A DNA stretch of 63,645 bases, counting the filler. It is 4 parts of 4 records of this genome, joined end to end, with 100 filler letters (N's around TTAATTAATTAA, not from the genome) between each part and the next. Parts side by side here need not be neighbours in the genome. Positions count along the whole stretch, not along the records: positions 1 to 17,851 come from DRR723986_9528; 3 more parts are not named here. One strand, 5' to 3'. This document shows positions 1 through 10,832 of the stretch, in pieces (the stretch's first letter is position 1; each line of letters begins with the position of its first letter). Both the position numbers and the translations under genes were made by a program. Under the pieces are notes generated by a model. It worked only from the letters and a program-made list of their open reading frames with translations. It did not search any database and was not told where the DNA came from.

Positions 1-3
1 ACA

Positions 4-28
4 GGGTCGAGCCCTTAGGGCTCGACCC
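4..28. repeat. Perfect inverted repeat GGGTCGAGCCCT-T-AGGGCTCGACCC (REP-like palindrome) at contig start
   Basis: 12-bp arms at 4-15 and 17-28 are exact reverse complements; its core AGCCCTTAGGG recurs as the last 11 nt of the same contig (17841-17851). Confidence 0.8.
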
Positions 29-771
29 GGCTGTCTTGAAGACTGAAATCCAGAGAATCTTGGATAACATTCGCTCCCCAAATCAAAGGACATCTCAGTA
101 GAGACTCCGGCATTTGTGCTTGAGTCTGTTATTCCCGACAAGCGAGCGCCTCTTCGATTTGCGCGCGGTATACAGCTTCGTCGTCTTTGTGGCGCATGCA
201 GTTGTAATGTTAATGGATCGGCACTGCTTGGCTGGATGTGAGGCAGCGTGTTCGCCACAATCATGCTACCTCCGCACAGAATGTTAAAGTCCAGATGTTT
301 AATATAGGTGATCACGGCCTGAGAATTAACCTTGTCTCGGAGTCGGTCTGTCTAAGTCAGTATTGAACAGTTCAAATGTGCTGCCGTGTTAAACACGCGC
401 CGGAGCGCTGCGCCCCCTAAGAACGCGTTTAACTTGCTGTTCGGTGGCTGGCTGTTTTGAGCTTTTTGTTTGTCACTGAGAAACAGGCCGAACTTCTATC
501 AGTGCCCTCGGCTGCGTGGACTTGATGTACTGCAGTCTCCAGATGTGATCCATTGGACTTTATCAGCACAAGCAGCTTGTTATTCACCGCAGCCTGGTTT
601 CAGAATGGTACATAACATTAACAATAAGGCATGTGAGGACAATCAGAGTCATTTTGCTGGTGTGCTTCAATATCACCCACCAGAAACTCATTAACATTTG
701 AATGTAGGGATCGGGAAAAATTTGCTTTTTTGGACAGCAGGTAAGTTGCACAGTTCATGCACCGGGAGCAT

Positions 772-836
772 GAGCAAGGATTAGGAGCAAGAAGTAGGAG
801 CAAGCATTAGGGGCAAGGTTTGGCGGCAAGGACTTT
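772..836. repeat. Degenerate 13-bp tandem repeat, 5 copies (GAGCAAGnnnTAG)
   Basis: GCAAG begins at 774, 787, 800, 813 and 826, exactly 13 nt apart. Confidence 0.8.
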
Positions 837-1030
837 TGGCACAGGTATTCCGCAGAATAGTTTGAACTCCACGACCATGTCCATACTTATCCAGCCTCAA
901 CATCTTAAATGCCGAATTTCGATTTTTATAAAAATTTTGCATTCCTAGGTTTATGCTTGTTGCTATTCTAGTAAATTTCTCTATTGTTGTGCTTTAACTG
1001 AACTGCTCGCATGCACTTCATCCGATCCCT

Positions 1031-1960
1031 ATGCATTTTGTCCCGACCAAAAATAGCGATGACGCGCGCAAGCGCCTGCGCCTCGTCTTTTTCCTGAATT
1101 TTGGATTCACAATTCTGGAGGCGATCGGCGGGTTCCTGACCAACAGCATGGCGATCCTCTCGGATGCTTTGCACGACATGGGGGACAGTCTGGCGCTGGG
1201 CCTGGCCTGGTATTTGCACCACAAGTCCGGGCAGGGCGGCGATGGCAAGTTCAGTTTTGGATATCAGCGTTTTTCACTGCTGGGCGCGTTGATCAGTGGA
1301 TTGATTCTGATTTTTGGTTCCCTGTTTATTATGGCCGAAGCGATTCCACGTGTGATAGACCCAGAGCCGGCCTCGGGGACGGGAATGGTTCTGTTGGCCG
1401 TAATCGGCATCGCAGTTAATGGTTTTGCGGCCTACTACCTGAGTGCCGGCAAAAGTTTGAACGAGAAACTCGTAAGCTGGCATTTGATTGAAGATGTGCT
1501 CGGCTGGGCCGCCGTGCTGATTGTGGGTGTGCTTTTCCTGTTTACCGACTGGTACATTCTGGATCCGCTGCTCTCAATGCTGATTACTGCCTATGTTCTG
1601 GTGAATGTGGTGCGGCATACACGCAAGACGGTGCGGATTTTTCTGCAGGGAGTGCCGGAGTCGGTTCACATCCCCAAGTTGGAGCAAGAGCTGCTGGCAA
1701 TTACAAATGTCAACTCGGTGCATGATCTGCAGGTCTGGTCACTGGATGGGGTGGACCATGTGATGAGTGTGCACATCGTCGTAAGTCAGTCTTTGTCGAT
1801 CAGCCAGATTTATAGCATCAAACAAACGGCGCGCACAATGCTGCGTGAGGTGCCGATCAGCCACACAACTATTGAGATCGAGTTTGAAGACGAAGATTGC
1901 TGCAACGACCAGCCCGCAAGCGCTGAGCTGCCGGATGGGCACCATCACCACCATCATTAG
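1031..1960 (+). CDS. Cation diffusion facilitator (CzcD/ZitB-like Co/Zn/Cd efflux transporter)
   Basis: SDALHDMGD (TM2), FSFGYQR and WHLIED (TM5) motifs, about 6 TM helices, VHDLQVW and HTTIEIE in the C-terminal domain, ends in GHHHHHH. Confidence 0.93.
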   Translation: MHFVPTKNSDDARKRLRLVFFLNFGFTILEAIGGFLTNSMAILSDALHDMGDSLALGLAWYLHHKSGQGGDGKFSFGYQRFSLLGALISGLILIFGSLFIMAEAIPRVIDPEPASGTGMVLLAVIGIAVNGFAAYYLSAGKSLNEKLVSWHLIEDVLGWAAVLIVGVLFLFTDWYILDPLLSMLITAYVLVNVVRHTRKTVRIFLQGVPESVHIPKLEQELLAITNVNSVHDLQVWSLDGVDHVMSVHIVVSQSLSISQIYSIKQTARTMLREVPISHTTIEIEFEDEDCCNDQPASAELPDGHHHHHH

Positions 1961-2125
1961 AGACGTTGCGACTGTGAGAATTGCGGCAGACTGCGAGACT
2001 CAAGACGATTGACACGAATGCAAAAAGACTGGGCGGCGCAATGGATTGATGCTGACCACCCAGTGACTAACAAAAAGAAAAAGCAAGCCGCCGGCAGAGC
2101 CGAGGCGAAGCACTCATAATTGAGT

Positions 2126-5100
2126 TTACATGTTGCGGCGATACTGCCCACCAACTTCGTAGAGCGCCTTAGAGATTTGTCCCAGTGAGGCCACCTTACA
2201 AACATCCATCAGCTGATCAAACAGGTTTTCGTTGTTGATCGCGGCGCGTTTAAGTGCGTCAATTGTGTCGTTGACTTTATGTGCATTGCGTTTCTGGAAA
2301 GCCTGTACTGCCGAAATTTGGGCTTCCTTTTCGTCCTCAGTGGAGCGGATAACTTCCTCGGGCGTTTCGTACTTGGCGCCGTCCTTGTTGAGGAAAGTGT
2401 TAACACCAATTATCGGCAGATCGCCATTGTGTTTGAGCGTCTCGTAGTAGAGCGACTCTTCCTGGATTTTGCCACGCTGATACATGGTTTCCATAGCGCC
2501 GAGGACACCACCACGTTCGGTAATGCGCTTAAACTCGGTCATGACGGCTTCTTCGACCAGGTCGGTCAGCTCTTCAATTATGAATGCACCCTGCAGCGGA
2601 TTTTCGTTGGTGGCCAGGCCCAACTCTTTGTTGATAATCAGCTGAATGGCGACGGCGCGGCGGACGGACTCTTCGGTAGGAGTTGTAATCGCTTCGTCGT
2701 AGGCATTTGTGTGAAGGCTATTACAATTGTCGTAAATCGCATACAGCGCCTGGAGCGTCGTGCGAATGTCGTTGAAGTCAATTTCTTGCGCGTGCAGTGA
2801 GCGTCCCGAAGTCTGGATATGATACTTGAGCATCTGCGAGCGCTGATCGGCACCATACTTGAGTTTAAGCGCTTTGGACCAAATGCGACGAGCTACACGA
2901 CCGATAACGGCGTACTCGGGATCCACTCCATTGCTGAAGAAGAAGGAGAGGTTCGGCGCAAATTTGTTGATGTCCATGCCGCGGCTTAGGTAGTACTCCA
3001 CGTAGGTAAAGCCGTTGGCGAGTGTAAATGCCAGCTGCGTGATTGGGTTGGCGCCCGCCTCGGCGATGTGATAACCGGAAATCGACACGGAGTAGAAGTT
3101 GCGTACGCCTTTGTCGATGAAGTATTCCTGGATGTCACCCATCAGGCGCAGTGCAAACTCGGTCGAGAAGATGCAGGTGTTTTGCGCCTGATCTTCCTTG
3201 AGGATGTCGGCCTGGACGGTGCCGCGCACGCTGCGCAGCGCTTCGTCTTTGAGGCGCGCATACACTTCTGGTTCAAGGACGTCTGCGCCGCTGACACCCA
3301 GCAGCATCAATCCAAGGCCGTCGTTGCCCGCCGGCAGTTCGCCCTGATAGCGCGGCCGTTCTGTGCCTAGTTCGGCGTAGATGGCGGCAATTTTCTGTTC
3401 AACTTCAGTTTCGAGGCCTTCGGCGCGGATGTATTGCTCACAGCGCTGGTCAATGGCGGCATTCAGGAAAAAGCCGAGGAGCATCGGCGCCGGGCCGTTG
3501 ATTGTCATCGAGACTGAGGTTGTGTTTTTACACAGATCAAAACCCGAATAGAGTTTTTTGGCATCGTCAATCGTGCCGATGCTGACGCCGGAGTTCCCGA
3601 TTTTTCCGTAGATGTCGGGACGCACGGCCGGGTCTTCACCATAGAGCGTGACGGAGTCAAAGGCTGTGCTCAGGCGCGCCGCGGGCATGCCGGCACTCAA
3701 ATAGTGGAAACGTTTGTTGGTACGCTCAGGTCCACCTTCGCCGGCGAACATACGCGTGGGATCTTCGTTGGTGCGCTTAAAGGGGTAGACCCCGGCGGTG
3801 AAGGGGAATTCGCCGGGCACATTTTCCTGCATTGACCAGCGCACGATATCACCCCAGTCGCGGTAGCGCGGCAGGCAGATTTTGGGGATCTGCTGATGGC
3901 TGAGCGACTCGGTATAGTTGGCCACGCGGATTTCACGCCCGCGCACCGAATAGACAAAGTCTTCGGCCTGATAACGCCCGCGCTTGGCGGCCCAGTCGCT
4001 TAGAATTGCAGAAGTGGAGCCGTCCAGGCGGCTCTCAATGTCTTGAACCTTGGTTGTTAGCTCGGAGTGAGCGGCGCTGCCGTCTTCGAGTTGTTCCAGC
4101 GCATACTTGAGCTTGTAGTGTTGTGAGGCCAGCTCTGCCTGTGCATCGACGTAGCCGTCGTAGCGCTCAATTTCTTCGGCAATTTCGGCCAGGTAACGCG
4201 TGCGCTCCGGCGGAATCACATAAATCTTGCGGCTCATTTCATCGGTGATTTCGTAGCGCGAGGTCCAGCCGAGGTCGAGGCGTTCCACCAGCAGGTCAAT
4301 CAGAGCGCGGTAGATAGAGTGCACGCCGGTGTCGTTAAACTGCGAGGCGATTGTGCCGTGTACGGGCATGCTGTCTACCGGCTTGTCGAACAATCTGTGG
4401 CTGCGCTGATACTGTTTGCGCACATCGCGCAGAGCATCGGCGGCGCCGCGTTTGTCAAATTTGTTGATCGCGATGATGTCGGCAAAGTCGATCATGTCGA
4501 TCTTTTCGAGCTGCGTCGCGGCGCCAAACTCGGGTGTCATCACATAGAGTGAAACGTCGGCCAGTTCAGTGACTTGTGTGTCGCTCTGGCCAATTCCGGC
4601 CGTCTCAACGATTATCAGGTCAAAGCCGCCGGCTTTGAGGACTTCGATTGTGGGTTTGACGTTGCGGTTCATCGCCAGGTGCGCCTGGCGCGTGGCAAAG
4701 GAGCGCATGTAGACGCGTTCATTGCCGATGGCATTCATGCGGATGCGGTCGCCAAGCAGGGCGCCGCCGGTTTTGCGTTTGGATGGGTCTACCGAAATGA
4801 TGGCTATTGACTTATCGTCAAAGTCATTCAGAAAGCGGCGCACAAGTTCATCCGTCAGCGAACTTTTGCCGGCGCCGCCGGTGCCCGTAATTCCAATAAT
4901 TGGGACTGTGTTTTTGGCTGCGCTGCCGTTTAATCCCTGCCTAACATTCTCAATAACCGTCGCGGCGCGGTCCGGATGGTTTTCGAGCAGGGTGATGGTG
5001 CGTGCCAACGCTTCGGGGCTGCGCTGCAGGATGCTCTCGGCAGAGACACCATTACTGACGGTGGCGGTGTCGTAGTCTGAGGACTCAAGCAGATTATTGA

Positions 5101-5503
5101 TCATGCCCTGCAGGCCCAGGCTGCGGCCGTCTTCAGGCGAATAGATGCGCGTGACACCATATTGGTGCAACTCTTCGATTTCTTCCGGCAGGATAGTACC
5201 GCCGCCGCCGCCAAAAATTTTGATGTGCCCGGCGCCGCGTTCTTTGAGCAGGTCAAACATGTACTTGAAGTACTCAACGTGGCCGCCCTGGTAGCTGGTC
5301 ACGGCTATGGCCTGGGCGTCTTCCTGAATGGCGCAGTCAACAATTTCCTGAACCGAGCGATTGTGTCCCAGGTGAATCACCTCAACACCCGAGCCCTGCA
5401 TGATCCGCCGGAAAATGTTGATCGAGGCGTCATGGCCGTCAAAGAGTGAGGCTGCCGTTACGATGCGGAGTTTGTGCTTCGGTTCGTAAAGTGTCGTCTG
5501 CAT
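2126..5503 (-). CDS. icmF: Fused isobutyryl-CoA mutase / MeaB-type GTPase chaperone (IcmF)
   Basis: N-terminal B12-binding DGHDAS, P-loop [13 protein letters not shown], mutase barrel with TRMFAGEG and QADILKEDQ (Phe/Gln determinants of ICM rather than the Tyr/Arg of MCM); start moved to the ATG at 5503, which follows GAGGGTG. Confidence 0.92.
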   Translation of the reverse strand: MQTTLYEPKHKLRIVTAASLFDGHDASINIFRRIMQGSGVEVIHLGHNRSVQEIVDCAIQEDAQAIAVTSYQGGHVEYFKYMFDLLKERGAGHIKIFGGGGGTILPEEIEELHQYGVTRIYSPEDGRSLGLQGMINNLLESSDYDTATVSNGVSAESILQRSPEALARTITLLENHPDRAATVIENVRQGLNGSAAKNTVPIIGITGTGGAGKSSLTDELVRRFLNDFDDKSIAIISVDPSKRKTGGALLGDRIRMNAIGNERVYMRSFATRQAHLAMNRNVKPTIEVLKAGGFDLIIVETAGIGQSDTQVTELADVSLYVMTPEFGAATQLEKIDMIDFADIIAINKFDKRGAADALRDVRKQYQRSHRLFDKPVDSMPVHGTIASQFNDTGVHSIYRALIDLLVERLDLGWTSRYEITDEMSRKIYVIPPERTRYLAEIAEEIERYDGYVDAQAELASQHYKLKYALEQLEDGSAAHSELTTKVQDIESRLDGSTSAILSDWAAKRGRYQAEDFVYSVRGREIRVANYTESLSHQQIPKICLPRYRDWGDIVRWSMQENVPGEFPFTAGVYPFKRTNEDPTRMFAGEGGPERTNKRFHYLSAGMPAARLSTAFDSVTLYGEDPAVRPDIYGKIGNSGVSIGTIDDAKKLYSGFDLCKNTTSVSMTINGPAPMLLGFFLNAAIDQRCEQYIRAEGLETEVEQKIAAIYAELGTERPRYQGELPAGNDGLGLMLLGVSGADVLEPEVYARLKDEALRSVRGTVQADILKEDQAQNTCIFSTEFALRLMGDIQEYFIDKGVRNFYSVSISGYHIAEAGANPITQLAFTLANGFTYVEYYLSRGMDINKFAPNLSFFFSNGVDPEYAVIGRVARRIWSKALKLKYGADQRSQMLKYHIQTSGRSLHAQEIDFNDIRTTLQALYAIYDNCNSLHTNAYDEAITTPTEESVRRAVAIQLIINKELGLATNENPLQGAFIIEELTDLVEEAVMTEFKRITERGGVLGAMETMYQRGKIQEESLYYETLKHNGDLPIIGVNTFLNKDGAKYETPEEVIRSTEDEKEAQISAVQAFQKRNAHKVNDTIDALKRAAINNENLFDQLMDVCKVASLGQISKALYEVGGQYRRNM

Positions 5504-5855
5504 ACTATTCACCCTCTGATATTTCTCGATTGGCTTGGACGCGCCACAGTACCTGGCAAAACACTGCGGGACGCCCCGCGCGCAGATTTGTGGACGGTAA
5601 AGGCTTGTATGTTGCCACTCAAAAGAATTGAGTGCATACAATTTACAAGAGACTAATGACGACTAAAGCGCTAGAATACTGTCAGCAAACTGTGTAATTT
5701 CGACCGTTTGGTGCATCTTACAGCCCGGATGCAAAAAAAGACATCGAATTTTTCCCACAAGTGCATATTTTTGACCGTATTTTTGCCGATCAATTGCGAA
5801 CGATTCCGGCCTAAGCCGACTTCGGGATTTGCGCAATCAACCTGTGCTCGCCTCC

Positions 5856-6989
5856 ATGAAGAAAATTCTCATTATCGAGGATACAGACTTTATCAGTGAA
5901 AACATCGCAACGACCTTGCGATTTGAAGGATACTCCACGCAAATTGCTGAAGATGGCGTTCTGGGCCTTGAAGCAGTCCGCGATTTTGATCCCGACCTGA
6001 TTCTGTGTGATGTATCCATGCCCCGGCTTGACGGATTTGGTGTTTTGGCCGATTTGCGCCAGATGACCGACCGCCACAGCACTACACCTTTCATTTTTCT
6101 GACTGCCAAGGCCGAGAAGACCGATATGCGGCGGGGGATGGAACTGGGTGCGGACGACTACCTAACCAAGCCCTTTACGACTGTTGAGTTAATCAACGCG
6201 GTAAATTCTCAGTTCAGCAAAAAACAACTCATTGAAGAAAAGTTTGAGGAAAAGCTCGATGAGTTGCGCGGCAATATCACCTATGCTTTGCCGCATGAGT
6301 TCCGGACGGCTTTGAGTGGCATTCTGGGATATTCCGAAGAAATCATTCGTGCAACTGCCAAGCCGGATGGGCCGCTGGATGCCGCCGATATCAACGACCT
6401 GGCCAGGGAAATCAAACACGCCGGGCGCCGCCTGCACAAGCTCACGGAAAACTTCCTGGTGTATACGCAGATTCAGATTCTGCAAACACAGCCGGACCGT
6501 TTGAAGGAAATGCGCGCCAACAAGGTCTATACCGCACGGGAACTGCTTGCAGAGCGTGCCCAGGCCATCAGCATTCAATACGAACGCGCCACCGATATTC
6601 AGGTGGATGCCGAAGAGGCCGGCGTTTTTATGACCTCAGAGAATTACACAAAAATCCTGAATGAATTGCTCGACAATGCCTTCCGCTTTTCGCAGGCGGG
6701 TGATGGCGTTCGCGTTTATATGCGATTGCATGGCTCACGCTGCAGCATTGAGATTGCCGATTGTGGGCGTGGCATGAACGAGGATCAGATTGCAAAAATC
6801 GGCGCGTACAATCAGTTTGGGCGTCAGCTGTATGAGCAGCAGGGCGTGGGCCTTGGCTTAACCGTTTCGCGTCTTCTGGCGGAATTGCATTTGGGCGAGT
6901 TGGAGATTGAAAGCAAAGTTGAAGCCGGGACAACTATTCGATTGACACTTCCGGCTTTTGATCCACTCGAAGAGCCTTTTGAAGATTAG
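5856..6989 (+). CDS. Hybrid response regulator / histidine kinase (REC-HisKA-HATPase)
   Basis: MKKILIIED..ILCDVSMP..YLTKPF receiver; HEFRT H-box, ELLDNAF N-box, DCGRGM and GVGLGL G-boxes. Confidence 0.9.
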   Translation: MKKILIIEDTDFISENIATTLRFEGYSTQIAEDGVLGLEAVRDFDPDLILCDVSMPRLDGFGVLADLRQMTDRHSTTPFIFLTAKAEKTDMRRGMELGADDYLTKPFTTVELINAVNSQFSKKQLIEEKFEEKLDELRGNITYALPHEFRTALSGILGYSEEIIRATAKPDGPLDAADINDLAREIKHAGRRLHKLTENFLVYTQIQILQTQPDRLKEMRANKVYTARELLAERAQAISIQYERATDIQVDAEEAGVFMTSENYTKILNELLDNAFRFSQAGDGVRVYMRLHGSRCSIEIADCGRGMNEDQIAKIGAYNQFGRQLYEQQGVGLGLTVSRLLAELHLGELEIESKVEAGTTIRLTLPAFDPLEEPFED

Positions 6990-7192
6990 ATTGCGGCACA
7001 AGAAGCTTCCCGCTTGAGTTTCCAAAACGGACATTGGCAGCGGAGTGCTGAAAGATTATAGATCAGAGTCGTACGTAATGTGTACTCAAAACTTGAGCGC
7101 TCGCGCCGCTTGCGGCTAAGCGTTCTTTTTGTTTTCCACTGTTGCCGGCCGGTGCGCTGCGCACCTGCTTCAATTGATAAAACGGAGTTCAA

Positions 7193-8566
7193 ATGTTCTC
7201 AACGATACAGCGACTGCACTTCGTTGGCATCGGCGGAATCGGCATGAGCGGAATTGCCGAAATCCTTTTAGATCAAGGGTTTAAGGTAAGTGGCTCAGAC
7301 ATGTCATTATCTGAAGTTACCGAGCGCCTCACGTCTATGGGCGCGCAGATTCACGAAGGGCACGAAGCCTCTCACATCGGTGATGCCGAAGTTGTGGTGT
7401 ATTCCAGCGCCGTAAACCCGGCTTTGAATCCGGAGACGGTCGAAGCCCGCAAGCGTGGCATTCCTCTGATTCGTCGTGCTGAAATGCTCGCGGAAGTCAC
7501 GCGCCTTAAGTACTGCGTGGCAATTGCCGGTACACATGGAAAAACAACAACGACCTCCATGGCCGGTCTGGTACTGATGAATGGGAACATCGATCCCACC
7601 GTTATCGTCGGTGGAAAACTCAGTGGACTCGGTGGCACAAACGCGCGCCTGGGGCAGGGCTCCTGGACCGTCGTAGAAGCCGATGAATACGACCGCTCCT
7701 TCCTGCAGCTGGCTCCAACAGTCGCGGTTATCACGAACCTTGAACTTGAGCACCTGGACATCTACGCCGACTTTGAGGACCTCAAGGCCACATTCATTGA
7801 ATTTGCCAACAAAGTGCCGTTTTACGGCATTGTGGCCGTGTGCCTGGATGACCCGGGATTAATGGAAATCCTGCCGGACATCAACAAGAAAAAAGTCACC
7901 TTCGGCCTTTCGCCGCAGTGTGAAGTCCGCGCCGTGCGCATCAGCAGTGAAGGATTCGGCACGCGCTGCACCGTCCTGCACGACGGCGAAGCCCTTGGTG
8001 AGATGACGCTGCGCATCCCCGGTGAACACAACGTCCGCAACGCTCTCGGCGCAGTTGCCGTCGGCCTGGAACTGGGCCTTAAGTTTGAAGAGATCCAGCA
8101 GGCACTCGCCGACTTCAGCGGCGTGTATCGCCGCTTTGAACACAAAGGCGAGCGCAACGGCGTGCAGTTGATTGACGACTATGCGCACCACCCAACTGAA
8201 GTCTCCGCGACGCTGAGCGCCGCGCGCGCCGGGTGGGAAGGCCGCATTATTTGTGTTTTTCAGCCGCACAGCTACACACGCACTCAGGAGTTTGCCAATG
8301 AATTTGGCAAGTGTTTCTCAGATGCTGACGTCCTGCTGGTGACGGATATCTATCCGGCGCGTGAGAGTCCAATCGAAGGTGTGGACGGCAAGTTAATTGC
8401 CGATACCGCAAGGCGTTATGGGCATCGCGGCGTCGAATACGTTCCGGCTAAATTTGATGTTCCGCAGTGGCTTGAGGACAATACGCGCTCCGGCGACCTC
8501 GTTTTGACTATGGGCGCAGGTGACATCTGGAAATTTGGCGCAGCCTGGGTTACAGGAGAGGAATGA
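7193..8566 (+). CDS. murC: UDP-N-acetylmuramate--L-alanine ligase
   Basis: GIGGIGMSG, AGTHGKTTT, VEADEYD, DDYAHHPTE and FQPHSYTRT motifs. Confidence 0.97.
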   Translation: MFSTIQRLHFVGIGGIGMSGIAEILLDQGFKVSGSDMSLSEVTERLTSMGAQIHEGHEASHIGDAEVVVYSSAVNPALNPETVEARKRGIPLIRRAEMLAEVTRLKYCVAIAGTHGKTTTTSMAGLVLMNGNIDPTVIVGGKLSGLGGTNARLGQGSWTVVEADEYDRSFLQLAPTVAVITNLELEHLDIYADFEDLKATFIEFANKVPFYGIVAVCLDDPGLMEILPDINKKKVTFGLSPQCEVRAVRISSEGFGTRCTVLHDGEALGEMTLRIPGEHNVRNALGAVAVGLELGLKFEEIQQALADFSGVYRRFEHKGERNGVQLIDDYAHHPTEVSATLSAARAGWEGRIICVFQPHSYTRTQEFANEFGKCFSDADVLLVTDIYPARESPIEGVDGKLIADTARRYGHRGVEYVPAKFDVPQWLEDNTRSGDLVLTMGAGDIWKFGAAWVTGEE

Positions 8567-8711
8567 TTGCGGATAGCTTTATCCCTTGTTTTTATGCGCC
8601 CGCTTAGCGAATTTTGGGGCTTTGCTCAAATTTTTTCAGCTGCCTGGCCCGGAGAATCCGCCGGGTTTCCAGTGAAATTCCGTCAATTGTTTACGTATCG
8701 CGAATACAACC

Positions 8712-10778
8712 ATGCTACACTTAGCCAAATCTTTTGCGTTCGTTTTGTCCGTTTCAATCGTTTGTGCACTCCTGGTTCCAATGGAATCCGCCAATGCTAA
8801 AAAACGCGACGCCAAATACATCAACAAACTCGGTTCAGCCGTTCTGGCCACGGTCGGTAATGAAAAGATTACCTACGGCGAACTTGAACGCGCCTTCCGC
8901 AAAAACATGAACCGCGGGAACACCCAGCTCTGGGAAGTTGAGCGTGACAGCGTTGAAGACTTCCTGGAACTCTACGTCAACTACCGCCTCAAAGTCCAGG
9001 ATGCCCTGGACCGCAAGGTTCACGAAGACCCCGAAGTACAGACCGAAATCATCCGCAACCGCAATGCGATAGCAGTCCCGACATTCTTCGAAAAGAATAT
9101 CATGGATCCTGAAGTCGATAAAATGTGGGAGCGCCGCGCCGTTGAGTTGCGCCTACGGGTTATCCTGGTGGGTTTAATGCAAACCGAAAACCCGGATACG
9201 ACCGAGGCATTTCAGAAAGCCACTGAGGCACTGCAGGAACTCAAAGGTGGTGCCGATTTTGCAAAAGTTGCTGCACAATACAGTGATGACGAACTCTCGC
9301 GCGAATCAGGCGGTCTGATTCCATTTGCTACAAGCGGCCAAATCCTGCGCGAGCTGGAAGAGGCGATGTACACGCTTAAACCCGGTGAATTGTATCCCGA
9401 GTTGATCACAACCCGCTCCGGATACTTCATCCTCAAACTCGAAGAAGAACAGCCGCTCAAACTCGTCAAAGCCAGCCACATTCTGATCATGGAGAACTCG
9501 CAGCGCACGCGTGAGGAAGCCATGGTAGTAGTTGATTCGCTGCTGACGGAGCTGAAGCGCGGCGCCAAGTTTGAACTCCTCGTTGCTCAAAACACAGAAG
9601 ACAACAATTCAGCCGTTGGCGGCGGCGCCCTGCCAGGCGGATACTACTCACGCTCAATGGGTTTTGTTGACGGTGAGGGGCGCCTGACGCCCGAGTTCGA
9701 AGAAGCCATGTTCAAACTTAAAGACGGTGAGATTTCGCAGGCTGTTGCGACTGCCTATGGCGTGCACATCATTCGCCGCGATTCTTCAGTACTCTACCAG
9801 GACTACGCCAAACGCAAAGACGTGGAAACACGTTATAAAGGACTTTACTTCGAAGGCGATAAAGAGAATCTGCGTAAAGAGTTACGCGCCAAGTTCGGCT
9901 ACAAAATGCGCGACGTTGTGATGGGCGAATTCCTCAAACAACTCGACAGCACGCGCACCAGCAATGCAACCGATTGGGATGCTAATGTCTCTGACGCAGT
10001 CAGGAACAAAGTACTCTATGAAATGGGTGATGACGGCCGCATGCTTGTACGCGGGTTGATCGACTCGCTGAAAACGCGCAACGATTTACGGACAACACGT
10101 CTCAACCATGCAGGCATTAATCGCGCTCTGCAAACGCTGACGAACGAGAAAATGATGCAGCGCGCTACCGATGGTATGGAAGAGCGTTATCCGGACTTCG
10201 GCGCCTTGATGCGCGAGTTCCGCGACGGCATCCTCATCTTCCGCGTTGAAAACGAAAAAGTCTGGAGCCGCCTGACTTTTGACTCAACACGTGCCCGTGA
10301 GTACTGGGAAAACAACAAGAGCAAGTACAAAACCGACACTTTGTACGATCTCTCTGAGATTTACGTCTTTGGTGACTCAACGGCGCAGAAGCTGCACAAA
10401 CAGCTGGAAGCCGGTGCTCAATTTGAAGACCTGGCCGCAGCGCATACGATGCGTCAGGGCTTCCGCGAGAAAAACGGACATCTGGGGCAGGTGACACGTG
10501 CGGCCGGCAATCTGGCTAGTCGTGTCATCACTGAAAACCTCAAGCCCGGTGAATACACCAAGCCGTTTCGTCGCGAGCAGGGTTATGCCATCGTGCGTTT
10601 TAATGGCATCGAAAAGCCACGTCAGAAAACATTCGATGAGGCGCTTCCGGAGTTTGCCGCTGCGGTTCAGGACCAGATGCAGAAAGAATACATCGAAGAG
10701 TGGCTCACGGAGCTGCGCGAGAAACATCCGGTCAAAGTCGATAATGACGTCATTGCCGGTATCTGGGAAGAAGACTAA
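8712..10778 (+). CDS. Exported multi-domain parvulin-type peptidyl-prolyl isomerase (SurA/PrsA/PpiD-like)
   Basis: Signal peptide; three rotamase repeats (FAKVAAQYSDD..GG, ASHILI..FEEAMF..YGVHII, FEDLAAAHT..GHLG). Confidence 0.85.
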   Translation: MLHLAKSFAFVLSVSIVCALLVPMESANAKKRDAKYINKLGSAVLATVGNEKITYGELERAFRKNMNRGNTQLWEVERDSVEDFLELYVNYRLKVQDALDRKVHEDPEVQTEIIRNRNAIAVPTFFEKNIMDPEVDKMWERRAVELRLRVILVGLMQTENPDTTEAFQKATEALQELKGGADFAKVAAQYSDDELSRESGGLIPFATSGQILRELEEAMYTLKPGELYPELITTRSGYFILKLEEEQPLKLVKASHILIMENSQRTREEAMVVVDSLLTELKRGAKFELLVAQNTEDNNSAVGGGALPGGYYSRSMGFVDGEGRLTPEFEEAMFKLKDGEISQAVATAYGVHIIRRDSSVLYQDYAKRKDVETRYKGLYFEGDKENLRKELRAKFGYKMRDVVMGEFLKQLDSTRTSNATDWDANVSDAVRNKVLYEMGDDGRMLVRGLIDSLKTRNDLRTTRLNHAGINRALQTLTNEKMMQRATDGMEERYPDFGALMREFRDGILIFRVENEKVWSRLTFDSTRAREYWENNKSKYKTDTLYDLSEIYVFGDSTAQKLHKQLEAGAQFEDLAAAHTMRQGFREKNGHLGQVTRAAGNLASRVITENLKPGEYTKPFRREQGYAIVRFNGIEKPRQKTFDEALPEFAAAVQDQMQKEYIEEWLTELREKHPVKVDNDVIAGIWEED

Positions 10779-10832
10779 TCCCCAGCCATCGGGCTACAAA
10801 CATTTCAACACTCATTCCGGGAACATACCGCT

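Noticed and set aside
1..275. Minus-strand GGAGGT-ATG ORF running off the contig start, and a short RHKDDEAVYRAQIEEAL fragment in another frame
   Set aside because: No recognisable family; at best a gene remnant that I cannot support
363..375. The same palindrome TTGAACAGTTCAA occurs here and at 40587-40599
   Set aside because: The copies are on contigs from unrelated organisms and a short palindrome can recur by chance; no shared system inferred
388..433. GTTAAAC...GTTTAAC as an integron attC site
   Set aside because: The boxes are in the reverse order to RYYYAAC...GTTRRRY, and there are no cassette ORFs or integrase
1940..1960. His6 tail as cloning-vector contamination
   Set aside because: No vector, linker or protease-site sequence nearby; the genomic context is continuous
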